Of a stretch of 64,000 bases of DNA, positions 49,073-58,698 are shown piece by piece. This DNA is from an uncultured Chloroflexia bacterium. GTDB taxonomy: Bacteria > Chloroflexota > Limnocylindria > QHBO01. The DNA lies in assembly GCA_963825525.1 (NCBI GenBank), contig CAWGTN010000002.1:576001-640000 (forward strand). Reading direction: 5' to 3'. Every line of letters begins with the position of its first letter. Position 1 is the first letter of the stretch. The notes below the pieces were generated by a model. The model was not told the origin of the DNA and searched no databases. It saw only the letters and a program-made list of their open reading frames with translations. The translations under genes were made by a program, and so were the position numbers.

Positions 49073-51610
49073 CTATTCGAACTGCTTGAGGTGGCGAACG
49101 ATCGGCAGCGAGGCGGCCACGCGCGCCGGATAGAGCCCCGCCAGTGCCGCCACGCCGGTTCCCACCAGGACCACGGCCACGAGCAGGCCCCACGGGAGCC
49201 GGATGCCAGCCGCCAGATCAGCCGATCCCCCACCGCTGACCAGCGCGACCGCCACCACCACCCCGGTGATGATGGCAAGGAATCCGGCGATGGCCCCCAT
49301 GATCGCCGCCTCGGCCACGACCATGGCCTGCACCTGCCCCACGGTCATGCCGTGAGCGCGCAGGACGGCGATCTCCCGGACCCGTTCGCTGATGCCGATC
49401 CCGAGCGTGTTGACGATCCCCAATGCGCCGATGACAACGGCGATGAGCGCAAGCACGTCGAACAGGCCAACCAGCCGATCCAGCGACTGCGCAAGGTCAC
49501 CGGCCAGGTCCCGCGCGGTGAGTGGCTGTGCGGCAAGCTGGGTCGCGGTATCGCGCACCGATGTCGCGAAGGCGGAGGGTGGGATATCGGGCTGGGCAAT
49601 CATCACCCACAGGGATGCGGCGTCGACCCCGAACAGGTCGCGGGCATCGGCGCTGTTGATGAGCAGCGCGCCGTCCGGGGTGCGAGCCGGAAGGGTGTAT
49701 TCGACGATGCCGGCCACGGTGAACGGATGCGGCTCGACGCCGGGCTGCCCGAGGGCGATCGAGTCGCCCACCTCGATCCCTTCGCGCGCGGCCAGGGATG
49801 CCGGGACCAGGACTGCACCGCCGTCGCGGAGATCGGCGTAGGCGTCCGCGCGTGCCGCCCCGGACACGATGAGCGCACCGGCATCCTGGAAGATGTTCGG
49901 GTCGATGCCCGCCAGGCTGACCTCCTCCTGGCCCGCGTCGGTGGCACGGACGGCGGGCAGCTCCAGGATGGGGCTGGCCACCTGGAGGCCGGGCGTGGCG
50001 ACGAACGTCGGGCGGAACAGCTCGATGTCCAGCGGCACGCTGCTGCGAATCGCGTTGCCGGCGGGAAGGATGGACGCCACCCAGCGCTCGGCACCGGCCC
50101 GCGCGGATTCGGCCACCGTGCCGAGCGCGACCACGGCCGCCAGCGCGATCATCATGGCTCCCACCGTCAGGCCCGTCCGAACCCGATCTCGCGACAGGTT
50201 TGCCCGTCCCAGCATGCCCTGCGCCCCGAAGAACCACTCGAACGGCCGCCCCACGATGCGGCCGAGCGGCTCGAGAATGTATGCCGTCGCCACAGCGCCG
50301 CCGAGCAGCAGGGCCAGGGAAAGGACGAGTGGCAGCACCGGCGTCTCGGCGCGCTCGATGGGGAACAGCAGGATGCCGGCGGTGACCACCAGGAGCTCGG
50401 CAACCAGGAGGGTCCGGAGACGTTCACCGAGTCCGTGCCGCGATCCGCGCGCTGACCGGAGTGCAGCCACGGGCGACAGTCGCGCCGCGCGCAATGCGGG
50501 AGCCACCGACCCAGCCAGCGTGACGCCGAGACCCAGGACGAAGGCCAGGATCAGGCCGCCGATGGGCAACGGCAGCCCAACGACCAATGCGGCGCGGGTC
50601 GAGGACAGGAAGCCGATCATGCCCGCCGCCAGGGCGATCCCCAGCACGATCCCCAGTCCGCTGCCCGCGATCCCGAGCGCGGCGCCCTGCCGCAGCACGA
50701 GCCCGAGCACCTGGCGCGACGTGGTGCCGGCCGCCCGCAGCAGGCCGTACTCGCGCGTCCGCTCCCCCACCGTCATGGCCAGTGTGTTGCCGACCAGGAA
50801 CGCGCCGACGACCATCGCCACCAGCCCGAACAGGAAGGCCACCGCCCCGAAGCTGACCTGGGCCGATGCGAGACGCTGCGCCGAATCGGCCGCCGTCTCC
50901 ACGATGTATGGCTCGTCCATTGCCTGGGTCACCTTGGCCAGCGGTCCGCTGACGTCGCCTTCGCCCAGGTCGAGATCCAGGTAGCGGATGGGCGCCGGAA
51001 CCTCGAACGAGTCGTCCACGGTCGATCGAGACACGACCATCACGTCGCCCCGCTCGAGGGCGGCGAAGCCCGTATCTGCCATGAGGCCGATGATCCGCAG
51101 CGGAGGCATCCCCTCCCGCCGGCCGTCCAGCCGCAGCTCGTCGCCGAGGCCCAGGTCGTGGCGCGCGGCCCACGACGCCGGCACGAGCGCATCGGTCGGG
51201 CTGTCCGGGCTGATGGCCACTCCCGCGGTCAGGGACGGCTGCCGAATCTGGCTGTCGACGTCGGGATCGATGCCGATGACCTGGAGCGTGAAGACCTGCT
51301 CGTTGTCGCCTGGCGCGGTGTGGACCACCAGCCGTCGCTCCGACACCGGTGCCGCGGTGCGGACCTCGGGGAGGGCGCGCAGTGCCTGGACCGTTCGCGG
51401 CGTGAACCCGGCCTCGTCGAAGGCCCGCAGCCTGACGTCGGCCGCGCCAAGGAGATCGGCGGTTGCGCTGCGGAGGGCGGCATCCGCGGACGCGCCGGTG
51501 ATCACGGTCGCGACGACCACGGCAACGCCGAGCGCCACGCCAACCACCGCCAGAGAGGTGCGCAGCGGGCGCGCGAGCAGCCCACGCCAGGCGAGACTCG
51601 CCAGACGCAT
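49073..51610 (-). CDS. FtsX/MacB-like ABC permease
   Basis: Duplicated architecture: NTLAMTVGERTREYGLLRAAG and NTLGIGISERVREIAVLRAHG. Confidence 0.92.
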   Translation of the reverse strand: MRLASLAWRGLLARPLRTSLAVVGVALGVAVVVATVITGASADAALRSATADLLGAADVRLRAFDEAGFTPRTVQALRALPEVRTAAPVSERRLVVHTAPGDNEQVFTLQVIGIDPDVDSQIRQPSLTAGVAISPDSPTDALVPASWAARHDLGLGDELRLDGRREGMPPLRIIGLMADTGFAALERGDVMVVSRSTVDDSFEVPAPIRYLDLDLGEGDVSGPLAKVTQAMDEPYIVETAADSAQRLASAQVSFGAVAFLFGLVAMVVGAFLVGNTLAMTVGERTREYGLLRAAGTTSRQVLGLVLRQGAALGIAGSGLGIVLGIALAAGMIGFLSSTRAALVVGLPLPIGGLILAFVLGLGVTLAGSVAPALRAARLSPVAALRSARGSRHGLGERLRTLLVAELLVVTAGILLFPIERAETPVLPLVLSLALLLGGAVATAYILEPLGRIVGRPFEWFFGAQGMLGRANLSRDRVRTGLTVGAMMIALAAVVALGTVAESARAGAERWVASILPAGNAIRSSVPLDIELFRPTFVATPGLQVASPILELPAVRATDAGQEEVSLAGIDPNIFQDAGALIVSGAARADAYADLRDGGAVLVPASLAAREGIEVGDSIALGQPGVEPHPFTVAGIVEYTLPARTPDGALLINSADARDLFGVDAASLWVMIAQPDIPPSAFATSVRDTATQLAAQPLTARDLAGDLAQSLDRLVGLFDVLALIAVVIGALGIVNTLGIGISERVREIAVLRAHGMTVGQVQAMVVAEAAIMGAIAGFLAIITGVVVAVALVSGGGSADLAAGIRLPWGLLVAVVLVGTGVAALAGLYPARVAASLPIVRHLKQFE

Positions 51611-51616
51611 CGGCGG

Positions 51617-52363
51617 CTAGAGCCCCAGCTCGGCCAGGCGAGCGATCAGGGGGCGCGCCTGGTGGTCGGCCCGTCGACCGAGCGTGATCTGGTCGCGGAT
51701 CTCACCATCACGAACCACCAGGACGCGATCGGCGTAGGCGGCCGCGCGCGCGTCGTGGGTGACGAGCACCACGGTCTGGCCAAGGCGATCGGCCGAGTCC
51801 CAGAGGAGGTCCAGGATCTCGGCGCCGGTCGTGTAGTCGAGATTGCCGGTCGGCTCGTCCGCCAGCAGGATGGCCGGCTTTGTGGCGAGGGCCCGGGCCA
51901 GCGCGACCCGCTGCTGCTCGCCGGCCGAGAGCTGGTCGGGTCGGTGGTCGGCTTTGTCGCTCAGACCCACCATGGCGAGCAGCTCGCTGATCCGCTCGCG
52001 GTGGCGATTCGCACTGTCACCGGCGATGAGGAACGGGAGCGCCACGTTCTCGGCCACGCTGAGCAGCGGGATGAGGTTGAAGAACTGGAAGACGAAGCCG
52101 GTCTTCTCGCGACGGGTGAGCGTTCGCCGCTCGTCGTCGAGTCCGGAGATGCCGATGCCGTCGATGACCACCTCTCCCGACGTCGGCAGGTCGAGGCCGC
52201 CCAGCAAGTGGAGCATCGTCGACTTGCCCGATCCCGAGCTGCCCATGATGGCCACGAACTCGCCGGCGCTGACCTGGAGGGAGACGCCTCGGAGCGCCTC
52301 GACCTCGCCCTCGCCCAGGGCATAGCGCTTGACGAGGTCACGAGCCTCGAGGATGACGGGCAT
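51617..52363 (-). CDS. ABC ATP-binding protein (LolD/MacB-like)
   Basis: GSSGSGKST, GFVFQFFNL, LSAGEQQRVALAR, LADEPTGNLD. Confidence 0.95.
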   Translation of the reverse strand: MPVILEARDLVKRYALGEGEVEALRGVSLQVSAGEFVAIMGSSGSGKSTMLHLLGGLDLPTSGEVVIDGIGISGLDDERRTLTRREKTGFVFQFFNLIPLLSVAENVALPFLIAGDSANRHRERISELLAMVGLSDKADHRPDQLSAGEQQRVALARALATKPAILLADEPTGNLDYTTGAEILDLLWDSADRLGQTVVLVTHDARAAAYADRVLVVRDGEIRDQITLGRRADHQARPLIARLAELGL

Positions 52364-52401
52364 GGGGGCAGTCTACCGACGCGACAGGTCCGGGGGACCG
52401 G

Positions 52402-53376
52402 TCAGCCGAACAGGAAGCCCAGAAGCGATCCGACGATGCTGTCGAACAGCCCCGCCTCGACCGGTGCCGCGGCCGCGACCTCCATGTCATGCGCCGGCGC
52501 GGCTTCGCCCTCAGCGGTCTGAGCTGACGGTGTCGAACGGGGAACGCCAAGGGCGTCATCGGCCGCGAGCCGTGCGGCAACGTCGACCCGGTGCGGCTCG
52601 AGGACCAGCGTCGCGAGGCCGTCGATCCCTGCAGACGACGTCGGACGGGTCGGTGTCGCGACCTTGAGCTCTTTCGGCTTCGGCGCGGCCGATGCGGCGA
52701 CCGGGGCAGGTTGCGCCACGGACCCGCCACCGCCACCACCGCCACCACCCGAGCCACCGCCACCACCACCACCGCCACCACCACCACCGCTCGGCGGAGG
52801 TGCGGTACTGCCGGCCGCCTGGAGGAAGAGCTCGGTGTACATGCGGGTGTTCTGGACGTACCCCTGGAACATCTTGTTATCGGCCGCCGCGGCACCCACG
52901 CCACCGTGCGTGAAGCGCCGATCGAGCACGTTCGCGCGGTGCCCCGGCGACTCCATGAACTTCTCGTGGACACGGACCGGCGAATACGAGTCATCCAGCC
53001 CGGAGTTCCAGCCGATGTTCTCGCCCGCCCACTGGTAGGCAAGGCCATTCGAGTCGTAGTAGACGTAGACCAGGCAACCGCAGCCCGCGATGGTGTGGCT
53101 GAAGTAGTTCTTGTTCAGCATGTCCTGGCTGCGCCATCGGGCCAGGCTGACGAGCGTTCCGTGCTGCTGCACCGGCGCCATCCCGTTGTTCGAGCGCGCC
53201 CCGTTCATGAGCTGCCACAGGGTTGCCTCGGCCGAGCCCTGGTTCCAGCCGGTGGTTGAACCGGGGCTCCAGGCAAGCAGGCCGGCGGCCAGCAGGGCGC
53301 TGAACCCGAACCCGAGCGTCCGAGCGATGACCCGTCGCGGGCGACGGAATGTCGCGGGGGCGGAGTCGAGGGGCAT
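52402..53376 (-). CDS. Secreted CAP (SCP) domain protein with poly-Gly linker
   Basis: ARWRSQDM..YFSH, AGENIG, FMESPGHRANVL; GGN-repeat tract at ~52723-52790. Confidence 0.9.
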   Translation of the reverse strand: MPLDSAPATFRRPRRVIARTLGFGFSALLAAGLLAWSPGSTTGWNQGSAEATLWQLMNGARSNNGMAPVQQHGTLVSLARWRSQDMLNKNYFSHTIAGCGCLVYVYYDSNGLAYQWAGENIGWNSGLDDSYSPVRVHEKFMESPGHRANVLDRRFTHGGVGAAAADNKMFQGYVQNTRMYTELFLQAAGSTAPPPSGGGGGGGGGGGGSGGGGGGGGGSVAQPAPVAASAAPKPKELKVATPTRPTSSAGIDGLATLVLEPHRVDVAARLAADDALGVPRSTPSAQTAEGEAAPAHDMEVAAAAPVEAGLFDSIVGSLLGFLFG

Positions 53377-53508
53377 GAAAACCTCGTGTGTGGGTGCGTG
53401 GACGGGCGGCTCGAACGCCCACACCAACCCTATGGCGACCGGCCCGGCGGGTCAGTAGCCGACTGGTCCGGGTGCGGCCCATGACCCAAGCCCGTCCAGG
53501 TACTGGTC

Positions 53509-53961
53509 ATGCCCCGTACCATTCGGTCACCTGACGTGGGCACGCAGCGTGCTGTGGAGGAGCGGGTGAAGCAGAGAGGCGCCGAGGCGCGCCACCACAC
53601 GGTCCTGGTCGTCGACGACGACGACAGCGTCCGGTCGTTCTTCGTCGAGGCCCTGACCGACGCCGGGCACTCGGTGGCCACCGCGGTGGACGGTGCCGAT
53701 GCGCTCGATCGACTCCAGGCCGGCAACGCCCCGTGTGTGGTCCTGACCGATCTCCGCATGCCACGCATGGATGGCTGGGAGCTGTCCCGCGCGGTCGCCA
53801 AGGATCCTCAGCTGGCGAGCATCCCGGTCGTCGTGGTCACCGGCGACAAGCTGCTCTCATTCACCTCACCGGCCCGGGACAAGCCGTGGTCCCCGGCCGA
53901 GCTGGATGCCATGGTCCAGCGCTCGTGCTCCCTGCACCGAACGGGCGGCGGCCGCCGCTGA
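53509..53961 (+). CDS. Single-domain response regulator
   Basis: VLVVDDD, VLTDLRMPRMDG, VTG, KP; start uncertain. Confidence 0.88.
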   Translation: MPRTIRSPDVGTQRAVEERVKQRGAEARHHTVLVVDDDDSVRSFFVEALTDAGHSVATAVDGADALDRLQAGNAPCVVLTDLRMPRMDGWELSRAVAKDPQLASIPVVVVTGDKLLSFTSPARDKPWSPAELDAMVQRSCSLHRTGGGRR

Positions 53962-53968
53962 CCGTTCT

Positions 53969-55204
53969 CTAGGCCTCGCCCGTTGGCTCGGTCTCACGCG
54001 GGTCGGCGGCGTGCTCGGGGTCGTCCTCGATGCGCTCGGCAGCCACCGCCACCACCTCCTCGTGGGTGAGCTCGGGCCGCTCGCGGCGGACCTCATCGAG
54101 CACCTCGTCGACCTCCATCGCAGGCGTCTCGTCGATGGCACGCAGGTTCACGAAGTAGGTGAAGAACACGTTGAGCACGGCCAGCACCGGGATCCCAAAC
54201 AGCGCGCCCCACAGCCCCGCGATCTGTGAACCGACCAGGAGGCCCACCAGGACGAGGATGGGATGCATGCCCAACGCCTCACGCATGAGCTTCGGCTGGA
54301 GATAGTTGACCAGCACGGTCTGCACGATCAGGAGCAGCGGCGCCACGAAGATCAGGAGCCCTGGACTGAAGATGGCGGTCGCCAGGATCGGCGGCACGAG
54401 TGCCAGCGGCGGACCGAAGAACGGGATGAGCATGGCAATGGCCGAGATCGCAACCAGAAGGAATCCGTATGGCAGATCGGCCACCACGACCACGACGATC
54501 GTCAGCGCGGTCTGGACCGCGGCCAGGATGACCTGCGCCCGCAGGAACCCGCCGAAGGCATTCGACACGGTTCGCTGGAGGATCTCGTACTCGTCCGCGT
54601 AGCGCGATGGAATCACACGACCCAGCCGCGTGAGGATGCCGGCGCTGTCGGCAAGCATGTACAGGCTCAGGATGATGACGAGGACCAACGCCCCGAGAAC
54701 CGCGATCGTGACCGATGGCACATCGCCAAGGATCTCTAGGCCGATGCGTCCGACGGTCGACTCGACATCCCGGTACAGCCCCACGAGATCGGGGTTGAAG
54801 CGACCGAATGCAATGGCTCCCTCCCAGTCATTGAGGACGCCCTCGATACGAGCCCTCGTCAACGGGAAGTCCGCGGCCATCTCCCCCATCGACGCACCGA
54901 TCGAGCTTGCGGCGTAGAAGAGTACGAAGCCGCTGCCGAGGAGGGTGGCCGCGTAGACGACGCCGATGGCGGCGCCCCGCGAGAGCCAGCGGCGGTCGAC
55001 CACCCATCCGACGACCGGCGCCAGGATGAAGGCCAGCAGCCAGGCGACGAACAGGATGAGAAGGATCTGGAAGAACCCGTCCAGGATGCGAAGCAGCAGC
55101 CCGACGAGCAGAAGGGTCACGTAGATCGTGGCAACGACAAGGAACGCGGAGCGCCACCAGCGCTCGCGCTTTCCACGCGTCAGCTCGTCATCGGTTCCGT
55201 TCAC
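53969..55204 (-). CDS. AI-2E family transporter
   Basis: LLAFILAPVV, GGFLRAQ, IPFFGP, LQPKLM..MHPILVL, GALFGIP. Confidence 0.9.
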   Translation of the reverse strand: MNGTDDELTRGKRERWWRSAFLVVATIYVTLLLVGLLLRILDGFFQILLILFVAWLLAFILAPVVGWVVDRRWLSRGAAIGVVYAATLLGSGFVLFYAASSIGASMGEMAADFPLTRARIEGVLNDWEGAIAFGRFNPDLVGLYRDVESTVGRIGLEILGDVPSVTIAVLGALVLVIILSLYMLADSAGILTRLGRVIPSRYADEYEILQRTVSNAFGGFLRAQVILAAVQTALTIVVVVVADLPYGFLLVAISAIAMLIPFFGPPLALVPPILATAIFSPGLLIFVAPLLLIVQTVLVNYLQPKLMREALGMHPILVLVGLLVGSQIAGLWGALFGIPVLAVLNVFFTYFVNLRAIDETPAMEVDEVLDEVRRERPELTHEEVVAVAAERIEDDPEHAADPRETEPTGEA

Positions 55205-55263
55205 CCTGCCTCCGTTCGGTCGCCCGCCAGGCGGTCAATGCACGGCCCGTGCCGAACCGGACG

Positions 55264-55491
55264 TCAGGCAGGGAGCACCTCGACACGAGTAACCGGGGTG
55301 GACCGCAGATCACCGATGAGGAGTCGCTCACCCGGCACGATGCGTGGGACGGTCGTGGCCCAGCCGCTGGCGCGCCACGCGGTCCCCGGCACGCCGCCCC
55401 GCGGAAGGCGGCGCCACTGCACGCCGTCGTCACCGATCGAGAGCACATACGTCGAACCGGAGGCCGTCTTCGCGAGCACCACGGAGTTCAT
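55264..55491 (-). CDS. Small hypothetical protein (75 aa)
   Basis: GGAGG RBS; MNSVVLAKTASGSTY...RSTPVTRVEVL. Confidence 0.55.
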   Translation of the reverse strand: MNSVVLAKTASGSTYVLSIGDDGVQWRRLPRGGVPGTAWRASGWATTVPRIVPGERLLIGDLRSTPVTRVEVLPA

Positions 55492-55604
55492 GACATCCCT
55501 CCCGCGCGCATCTTCCGATGTGCCGTCCACCGCGTCAATGATCCCGTCCAGGTCGGTGTCTCGGATGGCATCCTTGCGGCTTCGCAGCACAGAGAGACCG
55601 CGCG

Positions 55605-56057
55605 GTGGAATTCTATCCATGGATCAAGACGCTCCACATCTTCTTCGCCATCGTGGCGGTCGGCACGAACATCACATACGCGGTGTGGCAGGCGCGCGCC
55701 GCGCGCGAGCCGGAGCACACGGGCTACGCCCTGCGCGGGATCAAGTTCCTGGATGATCGCGTCGCCAACCCGGCGTACGGTGGGCTGCTGGTGGTGGGCA
55801 TCCTCCTGGTGCTCGGCGGTCCGTGGGAGTTCAGCGAGGTGTGGATTGCCGTCTCCATCGGCCTCTACCTGCTCATGGGCGCCGTCGCCCTCCTCCTCTA
55901 CTCGCCCACCCTGCGACGACAGATCGCGAGCTACGAGGCGAATGGCGCCGACACCGCGGAGTTCGCCGCGCTCAGCTCTCGGAGCCGCATCCTCGGCATC
56001 ATGCTGGCGGTCATCGTGGTCGCCATCATCGTGCTGATGGTGGTGAAGCCCGGCTGA
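55605..56057 (+). CDS. DUF2269-like membrane protein
   Basis: IKTLHIFFAIVAVG..four TM segments..LMVVKP. Confidence 0.85.
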   Translation: MEFYPWIKTLHIFFAIVAVGTNITYAVWQARAAREPEHTGYALRGIKFLDDRVANPAYGGLLVVGILLVLGGPWEFSEVWIAVSIGLYLLMGAVALLLYSPTLRRQIASYEANGADTAEFAALSSRSRILGIMLAVIVVAIIVLMVVKPG

Positions 56058-56068
56058 CGGGCGTTGAC

Positions 56069-57205
56069 ATGACCGAGCGCTTCGACGCCATCATCATCGG
56101 CCTGGGCGGTATGGGGTCGGCCACGGCGCATCACCTTGCCATGCGGGGCAAGCGGGTACTGGGGCTCGAGCAGTACGACCTCCTCCATGAGCTGGGGTCG
56201 TCCCACGGGCTGACGCGGATCATCCGGCTCGCGTATCACGAGCATCCGTCCTACGTCCCGCTCCTGCGCCGCAGCTACCAGCTGTGGCATGAGCTGGAGA
56301 CACTCGCCGGAGAGCAGCTGCTCGTCACCACCGGCAGCCTCGAGGGCGGAGACGAGAACGGGGCAACATTCCGCGGCGCGCTTGAGGCCGCAGAGCTCCA
56401 CGACATCCCGCACGAGGTGCTGGATGGCGCCGAGCTGCGTCGACGCCACCCCGCCTACGCCGGGTTCGGCGACGAGACGCGCGTGGTCTGGCAGCCTGAC
56501 GGCGGGTTCCTGCTCGCCGAGCGAAGCGTGCTGGCCCACACCCGGGCAGCCGAGGCGAACGGGGCCGATCTCCACTTCCGGGAGCCGGCACTCGCGTGGG
56601 AGCCAACGGGCGGCGGCGGCGTCCGCGTCACCACCGCCGTCCGCACCTACCAGGCTGAACGGCTCGTGATCACCGCCGGGCCGTGGGCGAGCCGTCTGGT
56701 GCCCCGCCTGCAGGAGCTCGCCATTCCCGAACGACAGGTCATGGGCTGGCTGGAACCGCGACGTCCGGAGCTCTTCAGCCCTGACGCGTTCCCCGTATTC
56801 CTGCTCGACGTGGAGGGCGGCAGCTGGTACGGATTCCCCGTCCACGACGTCCCCGGCTTCAAATTCGCTCGCTATCACCATCGCGCGGAGCCAATCGATC
56901 CCGACAACCCCGACCGCTCCGCCAATGCGCAGGACGAGGCGCTTCTCCACGAGTTCGCGAGTCGCTACTTCCCCGATGGTGCAGGGCGAACCCTCATGCT
57001 CAAGGCCTGCATCTTCACCAACTCACCGGACGAGCACTTCATCGTCGATCGGCTGCCCGATGCGCCCCAGGTGAGCATTGCCGCCGGTTTCAGCGGCCAT
57101 GGGTACAAGTTCTGCAGCGTGATCGGCGAGATCATGGCGGACCTGGCCATCGAGGGAGGAACGGGCCACGACATCGGCCTGTTCAGGCTCGATCGGTTCG
57201 GCTGA
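56069..57205 (+). CDS. solA: N-methyl-L-tryptophan/sarcosine oxidase family
   Basis: IGLGGMGS, GSSHGLTRIIRLAY, CIFTNSPDEHF, GFSGHGYKF. Confidence 0.9.
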   Translation: MTERFDAIIIGLGGMGSATAHHLAMRGKRVLGLEQYDLLHELGSSHGLTRIIRLAYHEHPSYVPLLRRSYQLWHELETLAGEQLLVTTGSLEGGDENGATFRGALEAAELHDIPHEVLDGAELRRRHPAYAGFGDETRVVWQPDGGFLLAERSVLAHTRAAEANGADLHFREPALAWEPTGGGGVRVTTAVRTYQAERLVITAGPWASRLVPRLQELAIPERQVMGWLEPRRPELFSPDAFPVFLLDVEGGSWYGFPVHDVPGFKFARYHHRAEPIDPDNPDRSANAQDEALLHEFASRYFPDGAGRTLMLKACIFTNSPDEHFIVDRLPDAPQVSIAAGFSGHGYKFCSVIGEIMADLAIEGGTGHDIGLFRLDRFG

Positions 57206-57208
57206 GCG

Positions 57209-57964
57209 CTACTTCCCGGCGCTGCCGATGTCGTAACGCTCAACGCTGCCGCGCAAACGCGCCTCCTCGGCCAGGATGATCGGGAGGCAGCCGCAGGCTC
57301 GATTCATGAGTCCGCGTCGATCGGAGATGGAGATCCGTCCGCGGGTGTAGCTGATGAAGCCGTCGTCTTTGAACTGGCGCACGATCACGGAGAGTGATGG
57401 GCGCTGAACGCCGATCATCTCCGCCAGGAACTCCTGGGTGACATCGAATGGCGACTCGTTGACGCGCTCGTCGACCTGGAGCAGCCAGCGCGCGGCGCGC
57501 TCGTCCAGGCGATGTCGACGATTGCACAGGATGAGCTGAGCCATGCTGACCATGACGACCTGCGTGTAACGCTGCAGCAGGTTGACGAGCAGGCCCCCGC
57601 GCTCGAGCTCGGCCCGCAAGGCCCGCGCGCTGAGGCGATGCCCGACCATCGCGACCTGGACCATGGTCTGCACGGGCATCCGGCCCGTGCCGAGGAAGAC
57701 GGGCAGGCCGGTCATCCCCTCGCGCCCGACCATCGTGGTATCCACCGATTCGCCATCGGCGCCGATGGCCACGATCGATGCGATACCGGTCACGGGGAAG
57801 TAGACGTGCTCGATCTCCGAGTCCGGCCCGTCGAGAATGGTCCGGCGCGGCAGTGCCACGGGCTCGAGGTCGGGGCGCAGGCGCTCGAATTCAGCCGAGG
57901 GCAGCGCGCCGAGCAGGACGTTGCGTCGAGGATTGTTCGGGGCATCCACGTCGCGATCAATCAC
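57209..57964 (-). CDS. Crp/Fnr family transcriptional regulator
   Basis: HVYFP..VGREG cNMP-like domain; CNRRH..ARWLL, TQEFLAEMIGVQRPSLS HTH. Confidence 0.92.
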   Translation of the reverse strand: MIDRDVDAPNNPRRNVLLGALPSAEFERLRPDLEPVALPRRTILDGPDSEIEHVYFPVTGIASIVAIGADGESVDTTMVGREGMTGLPVFLGTGRMPVQTMVQVAMVGHRLSARALRAELERGGLLVNLLQRYTQVVMVSMAQLILCNRRHRLDERAARWLLQVDERVNESPFDVTQEFLAEMIGVQRPSLSVIVRQFKDDGFISYTRGRISISDRRGLMNRACGCLPIILAEEARLRGSVERYDIGSAGK

Positions 57965-58066
57965 GCCGCCAAGTGTATCCGCCTCCTTCTGTCAGAAACA
58001 ATACAGACGACATATGGTGCTCGCTCTATCGTCGCCGAACATCGTCCATGGCGCCGGAGGGAAACC

Positions 58067-58468
58067 ATGCCCGAAGATGGTATTCGCGTCACGGTCGTCA
58101 ATGACACCGAGGCGATCGCCGACCTCATCTCGGATCTGCTGACCGGTGACGCCCGGTTTGAGCACCGGCGACTGCTCGACGAGCCATCGATCGACGAGAT
58201 AGCGGCGACGGAGCCGGACTTGATCTTCCTCGGGCTGCGCACCAACGGGCGGGTACACGGGTGGAACGTTCTCGAAGCCATCCGGGGCGACACGCGACTG
58301 TCCTCGGTGTCGGTCATTCTCTGCACCGGCGACCTCCTGGCGTTGCGCGAGCGCATGGACGGAGCGGATCCGGATGCGCTGACGTACGTGCTCGAGAAGC
58401 CGTTCGATCTCGAGACGTTCGAGGCTGCAGTGAACGGAGCTCTGGGGACGGGTCGCATCGGCGCCTGA
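58067..58468 (+). CDS. Atypical single-domain receiver (phospho-acceptor Asp replaced by Gly)
   Basis: VTVVNDT, PDLIFLGLR, ILCTG, EKPFDL. Confidence 0.8.
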   Translation: MPEDGIRVTVVNDTEAIADLISDLLTGDARFEHRRLLDEPSIDEIAATEPDLIFLGLRTNGRVHGWNVLEAIRGDTRLSSVSVILCTGDLLALRERMDGADPDALTYVLEKPFDLETFEAAVNGALGTGRIGA

Positions 58469-58485
58469 TACCCCGATGGTCCTGT

Positions 58486-58514
58486 TTGACAGGATCGGCC
58501 CCTCCGCGGACACT
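58486..58514 (+). promoter_or_regulatory. Sigma70-type promoter TTGACA-N17-GACACT for the DEAD-box helicase
   Basis: Consensus -35 and 17-bp spacing; implies a leader of about 180 nt. Confidence 0.6.
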
Positions 58515-58698
58515 GGGCTCACCGCTGCACACCTGAACGGGAGCGCGGGCAATTACATTCGTTCTACCGCGGCCGCAGAACGCCCGGCTCGACTGACTCT
58601 CCGGTCAGCGTCATTGGTTTCGCCGGGCTGCCGCACTCATCGTATTCACTGCGCCTGACCGGGCCCGCTGCGGCGGGCGCGTGGACGTCAGGAGACAC

